Source of the DNA: Macrostomum lignano
Taxonomy: Eukaryota
NCBI GenBank assembly: GCA_002269645.1
Contig: NIVC01001263.1
Span: forward strand, 62,001 to 126,000
Direction of reading: 5' to 3'
Length of the DNA: 64,000 nt
The position numbers and the translations under genes were made by a program. The number at the start of each line of letters is the position of its first letter. The first letter of the stretch is position 1. Positions 57,145-64,000 of this stretch are shown one piece after another. The notes below the pieces were generated by a model, which worked only from the letters and a program-made list of their open reading frames with translations, was not told the DNA's origin and did not search any database.

Positions 57145-58431
57145 GAGTTTTTCCCTCCAAATTTAACACTAGCCTAATTCCTGCTTCAGAGGCCTATTAG
57201 CTCAATAGTAACGCGTCTAATTATTGAAAGTACCAATTGGCTCGGCTCCGTGCGCAGCCAACAGTAAGTTGGGGCTCGTGCACGAAAAGCTTGTGCCATT
57301 CTTGTGCCAGCTTGGCCAGAAGCAGAGTGTAGCTCGTACATGCCTCATGATGAGAAAGTCAGGAGCTCTGTACACCTGTGTCCGTGCTCAGGAGTCAGCG
57401 TTGCCTCCTCTCTAGCTACGCGTCTACTGTCGCCTCTACTTGTGGCGGTGCCCAAAGCCCTTCTGCTAACAACTAATAACTCCTACTTTAATTTCGCAGC
57501 TGGAACTCATTCTGAAAAGCGTGGAACAGTCTGACAGATCTCTATATTTTTGTCTGAACCTTATTTTTATCCAATGATGATGCCTTCATATTGCTAACGA
57601 ATTGTGACGTCCGATAGATCGGCTGAATTAGGAGTGAATGCTGCAGGGACGGCAGTTTGGAGGCTTCATTTCTCGATTCTTATTAGATGAAATTTCGGAG
57701 TACATCGCGTTGCGTGTCAGCTGGAATCAGCGCACTGATCCGGTGAATTTCTGTTTGCCCGGAGCAATCAAAACACAATGGCCGGCCATGCCAGGATGCA
57801 TTAACGTTTCCTACCCATATTATGTATCAGATTATAAAAAAAGAAAGACAGAAATCAACATTCAAACAAGAAAAGGGGCTGGCTGCATGCAATTAGCTCG
57901 CGAGATCGCACTTTGACACTCGAACAGATTGCTGCCAATTCCACATCGATTTGGCACCACTTGATGCAAAAAAGCAGTTTATAAAACCTCATGTCACGAT
58001 AGTTGAAAGATTCAGTTTGAGATTTCAGAGGCTATTAGCTAGTGTGGGTTTCGAGCGCGTTATTCATCCCATTTTTGGCTAAGAGGGAGATTTTTTGGAT
58101 TTGGGGCAGCCTCAGATGCTTTTACTTCTCTTTAGACCAATCAGGATGGAGGACGAGTAGAGGGGGTGGAGGCAACTCAACCCAAACCACTGCAAGCTTC
58201 TATCCAGTAGTATATTTTCCGAAGCCTAAAAAGGCAACCTGGCGCAAGGACCCCCCTGACTCGCTTCCTGGAGCTAACAGACCAACAGAAGAGATCTTGA
58301 GCTACCATGCTGGTCAGCACTGCCCCTCCAATTGAGCTGTCGACTGCTGCTGCAAATGGCAACTTCAGCAACGCCCCGCATCCCAGCGTAAGTTGTAAAT
58401 TAGTGCAGCATCCACGGATCTGCAAGCGAAT

Positions 58432-58872
58432 GGGACAGTGACTGAGTGTCAGTGTGGGTTGTGTCAAAGAGAGTGGGACAGTGACAGTGTGTCAGTGTGG
58501 GTTGTTTCAAAGAGAGTGGGACAGTGACTGAGTGTCAGTGTGGGTTGTGTCAAACAGAGTGGGACAGTGACGGTGTCAGTGTGGGTTGTGTCAAAGAGAG
58601 TGGGACAGTGACAGTGTGTCAGTGTGGGTTGTGTCAAAGAGAGTGGGACAGTGACGGTGTCAGTGTGGGTTGTGTCAAAGAGAGTGGGACAGTGACGGTG
58701 TCAGTGTGGGTTGTGTCAAAGAGAGTGGGACAGTGACGGTGTCAGTGTGGGTTGTGTCAAAGAGAGTGGGACAGTGACGGTGTCAGTGTGGGTTGTGTCA
58801 AAGAGAGTGGGACAGTGACAGTGTGTCAGTGTGGGTTGTGTCAAAGAGAGTGGGACAGTGACGGTGTCAGTG
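58432..58872. repeat. ~41-bp minisatellite
   Basis: (GTGTCAGTGTGGGTTGTGTCAAAGAGAGTGGGACAGTGACG)n. Confidence 0.92.
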
Positions 58873-60371
58873 TGTCGTTGTTTGCGCTGCAAGCGAGTGG
58901 GACGGAGCGAGTGATATGAACCAGTGAAGTCTAAGCATCTGTGATTGTGAAGATCACAGTTGAGCACAGTTACTCGCAGCTTATCACAGCTGAGCAGCCT
59001 GCAGGTGGTGAGTTGCATGAGATGAGACTGAAGTCTGAGTGGAGAGGCAATATCGAAAGTGCTCATCTTGGCCTCCTCAGCTTGGTTTTCAGCTTTTTTC
59101 ACCTCCATCCTGCATGCGGCAGTGAATATTGCGGAGTGCATTTTTATTGAAAAACCAGACCAGCTCAAGCTGCCAAAACTCCATCTCATCTTCTCTTGCT
59201 TTCATTTCGCTCTGTCCTGCATCCACAGCAATTTAGCCTGACCCAGGATAAAAGTAGCAATTTCCAATTCAGACAGCTTGATGCGGGCCACTCGCTATCC
59301 GCACCGGCTCAAATAATGAGCAGCTGCTCAAAACTGTCCATCTGATGCGGCTGCCAGCCTGTAGACTGTAGCCTGTAGGCTCCATCATCTTTCACAGCTT
59401 CCTGCCTCCTTTCCCGTTCCGACGCGGTCTTATTAGAACTCTCTGTCAGATTCCAGCAGACCAGGAAAGGCACCGCACTTGCGTATCTCCACTGCAGCCT
59501 CCCCACCGCTCTCTTTCTCCCCTTCTCTGTCTCCCTTCCTGCTCCCCCAGCATCCCTGCTCAGAAGCGCTTATTTTTCATTGTATTTTCGCAAGTTCAAC
59601 TTTCATTACTTAATATTGCGGAGGTTAATTCCTTCTCCCAGTTCCTGCAAGTCCCCAGATTCCGTCTCCCCCACAGGCTGCGCAGCGCAAGCTCAGCTGT
59701 TTCATGCCATACCGCTGGGATCCGAACTCCGAGGTGGAGCTGCCGGCTTATGAGATTGGGAGAAACCGGTTGAAATAATCGAAAAATTAACTATACTGCT
59801 CCGCCTGAGTCCCGCCTGCCCTCAGCTCCCGCCCCCTCCCCAGTCCAGTCACCCGGAGTCCCTGCCAACCTGAATAATGTAGCCGGCATGGACCATGATG
59901 AATAACACCCGGCCTGACCAGTCGAGCCCTTGCAGCAGCAACCTTCCACTGGTTTGTCTGCAACAGGCAGTGCGTTTAAAAATACACGGAGATTTTGTTC
60001 ATCTGCGGACTGCAGACAGATTTTTTCCGGCAGAAGACAATTCAAAGCCGGAGCTTTGCACTTCTCGCCCGAGCCCTTTCTCCATCCCGGATGCCAATCA
60101 AAGCTGAGGCTGGCTCAGACGGCCAAGCCGGCGGGCTTACAGAAGCGACAGATCGGAGGACGGGCAGTTGATTGCCTTGCCCGCTGCAGGAAACCGGGCC
60201 GCCTCTCTCGAATCTGCATGAAACTCCTTGACGTCAAGCTTTTTCTTATGATCGGTTTTCTTCTTTTTCATCTCTCGCCTGATATGCTCAATGCTTATTT
60301 GTTATTTATATTATCTATGTCATACATTGCGAACTCGAAGCCCCCCCCCAACTCCCCCACCGAACTGACAG

Positions 60372-62669
60372 CTGAACCAGCTGGGCTACTTCCTGTCACT
60401 GTCCGTGAACCTGGCGCTCATTCTCATTGGCAACACGGCGCTACTGGCAAGCGTGGCCAGGCGACAGAAGTGCCGCATGACCTGCTTCATCACCAACCTA
60501 GGCGTGGCAGGTGAGAGACTGCGATATTGTGACTAAAGATGAGGATGAGGGTAAGACTGAGATTGAGAATGAGATTGATATTGATATTGAAATTAGGATT
60601 GAGATTGAGATTGAGATTGAGATTGAGATTGAGATTGAGATTAGGATTAAAATTGAGATTGAGATTGACATTGAGATGAAGATTTAGATTGATTTGGGAT
60701 TGAGATTGAGATTGAGATTGAGATTTAGATTGATTTGGGATTGAGATTGAGATTGAGATTGAGATTGAGATTGAGATTGAGATTTAGATTGAGATTAGGA
60801 TTGAGATTAGGATTAAAATTGAGATTGAGATTGAGATTGATATTGAGATTGAGATTGAGATTGAGATTGAGATTTAGATTGAGATTAGGATTGAGATTAG
60901 GATTAAAATTGAGATTGAGATTGAGATTGATATTGAGATTGAGATTGAGATTGAGATTGAGATTTAGATTGAGATTAGGATTGAGATTATGATTAAAATT
61001 GAGATTGAGATTGAGATTGAGATTGAGATTGAGATTGAGATTGAGATTAGGATTGAGATTAGGATTAAAATTGAGATTGAGATTGAGATTGAGATTGAGA
61101 TTGAGATTGAGATTGAGATTGAGATTGAGATTTAGATTGAGATTAGGATTGAGATTATGATTAAAATTGAGATTGAGATTGAGATTGAGATTGAGATTTA
61201 GATTGAGATTAGGATTGAGATTAGGATTAAAATTGAGATTGAGATTGAGATTGAGATTGAGATTGAGATTGAGATTGAGATTGAGATTTAGATTGAGATT
61301 AGGATTGAGATTAGGATTAAAATTGAGATTGAGATTGAGATTTAGATTGAGATTGAGATTTAGATTGAGATTAGGATTAAAATTGAGATTAAGATTGAGA
61401 TTGAGATTGAGATTTAGAATGAGATTGAGATTGAGATTGAGATTGAGATTGAGATTGAGATTGAGATTGAGATTGAGATTGAGATTGAAATTGAGATTTA
61501 GATTGAGATTGAGATTGAGATTGAGATTAAGATTGAGATTGAGATTGAGATTGAGATTAGGATTGAGATTGAGATTGAGATTGAGATGGATCAATAAGCT
61601 CAGTCTAGGCATGGGCTCAAACGAAGACAATTTACATTGTTCTTAGTAAAAGTGCATTTGATGCAGATCAGAGGCAGATTCCTTAATTAGAGAGCGGATC
61701 ACGGAAGCTATTCTCGCGGCTCTTTGTAACTCAAAAAAGAATGAGGCGCCACGAATGCCGACAAAGGATCCTTGTGGGTGAAAAATATTTTCTCTTTTGG
61801 GTGGTAATGCTTTTCATTCCCCTGACTGATAATCCCGATTAGGAACCCAATCTCAAAGCATAATCCCATTTTCCAAGGTTTTTCAGTCTCAATCTCTCTC
61901 ACCTATGCATGATGTGTTTTTGCCCTCGAGGACTATAGGGGAGAGAGGGGAGCCCAGCCTGCTGATGAGGCATTTCTGGAACACGTTGATGAAATCGCGG
62001 AATATTGCCAACAGTTTTAATGCAGGAAAATATCAGGTAATAAAAAAGTCCAAAGATACGCGGCTGCCCGGGCGGCTATAATGGGTTAGGAAGCTGATCC
62101 TTCATCGGATTAGTGAGCGCTCGTGGCTGGATTGTTTAACGCATCGATGACTACTTTTGTGAAGGCCAGCAGGGCAGTTAATAGCCTGAAACAAGCGACA
62201 GGAAGTGTCAAGGATGCGAGCTCTCCCACAAGCTGAGATGCTGGGCCTGCAGGGCGCACCTTCGTCAATAAGGGCGCTCGCAGAACGCTCTTCCACCCTC
62301 CCAGTTCGGCTCACCGACAACTTGTCGAAATTCAATTTGCGATTCACGGCGCCTCCAACTCTCCAAATCAGATCCGGAATATTTGATTAGGCGGCTTGAA
62401 AGCAGAACGGCAGTTTCTGTTGGAGAATATTGTGTTGGGAGCAAGTTCTGCAGCCTTCCAACGCATCTAACCCACAAGCTAACCCACAAGAAGTTTGTTC
62501 TTTTCTGTCCTGCACTTTTGCCACGAGTGAAAAAAACTTAACTGATTCAGCCCAACAACCCACAGACCTCCTGGTTGGCCTGGTGCTGGTGCTGCCGCAG
62601 ATTGCGGAGCGGCTTCTCATGCAGTTTCACGGGCCTGAGTTTCTTTGCAAGGCGAAGTTCTTTGTTCAG
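60372..62669 (+). CDS. Rhodopsin-class GPCR of vasopressin/oxytocin-receptor type, 5' part (TM1 to start of TM3); continues beyond the window
   Basis: Exon 60372-60510 reads LNQLGYFLSLSVNLALILIGNTALLASVARRQKCRMTCFITNLGVA. It splices in phase 1 (G|AC = Asp) to exon 62566-62669, DLLVGLVLVLPQIAERLLMQFHGPEFLCKAKFFVQ. This shows the TM1 GN, TM2 LxxAD, and the VLPQ and F.GP..LC signatures of OXTR/AVPR. A possible first exon is 59895-59951 (MMNNTRPDQSSPCSSNLPL), at low confidence. Confidence 0.8.
60560..61587. repeat. (GAGATT)n hexamer satellite in a GPCR intron
   Basis: Direct inspection; source of the LNLNLN and LRLRLR pseudo-ORFs. Confidence 0.97.
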
Positions 62670-62761
62670 GTATGCTTTGATACTTACAGAAACTATTGGG
62701 TCAGGGGAGGCGGCAAAGTGCTCGAGATATGCACCATTGAGTATGGGGAGAGCCGGGTAAC

Positions 62762-63495
62762 ACTGTGTCTGGTGGCATTGTGTCTGGTGGCATTGTGTCT
62801 GGTGGCATTGTGTCTGGTGGCATTGTGTCTGGTGGCATTGTGTCTGGTGGCATTGTGTCTGGTGGCATTGTGTCTGGTGGCATTGTGTCTGGTGGCATTG
62901 TGTCTGGTGGCATTGTGTCTGGTGGCATTGTGTCTGGTGGCATTGTGTCTGGTGGCATTGTGTCTGGTGGCATTGTGTCTGGTGGCATTGTGTCTGGTGG
63001 CATTGTGTCTGGTGGCATTGTGTCTGGTGGCATTGTGTCTGGTGGCATTGTGTCTGGTGGCATTGTGTCTGGTGGCATTGTGTCTGGTGGCATTGTGTCT
63101 GGTGGCATTGTGTCTGGTGGCATTGTGTCTGGTGGCATTGTGTCTGGTGGCATTGTGTCTGGTGGCATTGTGTCTGGTGGCATTGTGTCTGGTGGCATTG
63201 TGTCTAGTGGCATTGTGTCTGGTGGCATTGTGTCTGGTGGCATTGTGTCTGGTGGCATTGTGTCTGGTGGCATTGTGTCTGGTGGCATTGTGTCTGGTGG
63301 CATTGTGTCTGGTGGCATTCTGTCGGGTGGCATTGTGTCTGGTGGCATTCTGTCTGGTGGCATTCTGTCTGGTGAAATTCTATCTGGTGACATTGTGTCT
63401 GGTGGCATTGTGTCTGGTGGCATTCTGTCTGGTGACATTGTGTCTGGTGACATTGTGTCAGGTGGCATTGTCTCTAGTGACATTGTGCCTGGTGG
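62762..63495. repeat. 15-bp minisatellite in a GPCR intron
   Basis: (GTGTCTGGTGGCATT)n, homogeneous at the 5' end and degenerate at the 3' end. Confidence 0.97.
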
Positions 63496-64000
63496 CATTT
63501 TGTATGGTGGAATTGTGCGAGTAGTGCACAGTGCTAAAAGCCTAAAAGCCCTCCCGCCTTCATCCCGGTCAGCACCTGGTTGCCTACGCAGCCGCTCACG
63601 CGCTGGTAGCTTTGAGCATCGACCGAGTGGACGCCATCTCGAATCCGCTGAGAGCGTCAACATCCAAGAGAGGTGAGGAAATTCCATAACCAATTTGACA
63701 GCAGCTTTCTGTAGTAAAATGCTTGCTGAGATAAAGCAAGTACGAGCGTAGATACCCTGCTTCTAGGTCGTACACGCATGTAAAGTGTGTTGATGGAAGA
63801 CTAAAAAAGCAGGGCAAGGTGGCTGAGGGGCCGAACCGGCTCAACAGCAGCGCATGGCAAGATAATTAAGTCAGGAGTCTAGAATAGAAACTCTTACACC
63901 CGTTACACCTGTTACACCTGTTTATCTACGATCATATTGATAATGACGATAATGACGCGATGACTAAACGGCTGCAAATTTCAGGCTTTCAAACCGGCTG

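Overview
Eukaryotic (animal) genomic DNA with GC-rich spliced exons, AT-rich intergenic stretches and roughly 18 kb (about 28%, my estimate) of short tandem arrays, mostly intronic. The style resembles a free-living flatworm such as Macrostomum, but this is an inference I cannot verify. I hand-assembled exons using GT-AG and phase consistency. Contents in order: (1) a decayed full-length mariner (D,D34D) element with TIRs and TA duplication; (2) ribonucleotide reductase large subunit RRM1, whose first exon lies outside the window; (3) GRAMD4, 11 exons; (4) a 5-exon single-pass receptor made of a bacterial-type PstS phosphate-binding ectodomain, a TM helix, a pseudokinase and a catalytically degenerate guanylate-cyclase domain; (5) two tandem intronless secreted pacifastin-like repeat proteins, one frameshifted; (6) a 10-exon RIG-I/MDA5-like helicase on the minus strand; (7) the 5' exons of a vasopressin/oxytocin-type GPCR, which the ORF track misses. 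Also present are Penelope-like RT fragments, a hAT-type MITE and a 64-bp inverted repeat. The PstS-ectodomain receptor is the most interesting item: it retains the phosphate-coordinating residues and is a candidate animal extracellular phosphate sensor. I saw no rRNA, tRNA or CRISPR array. Most long ORFs in the supplied track are artefacts of tandem repeats.
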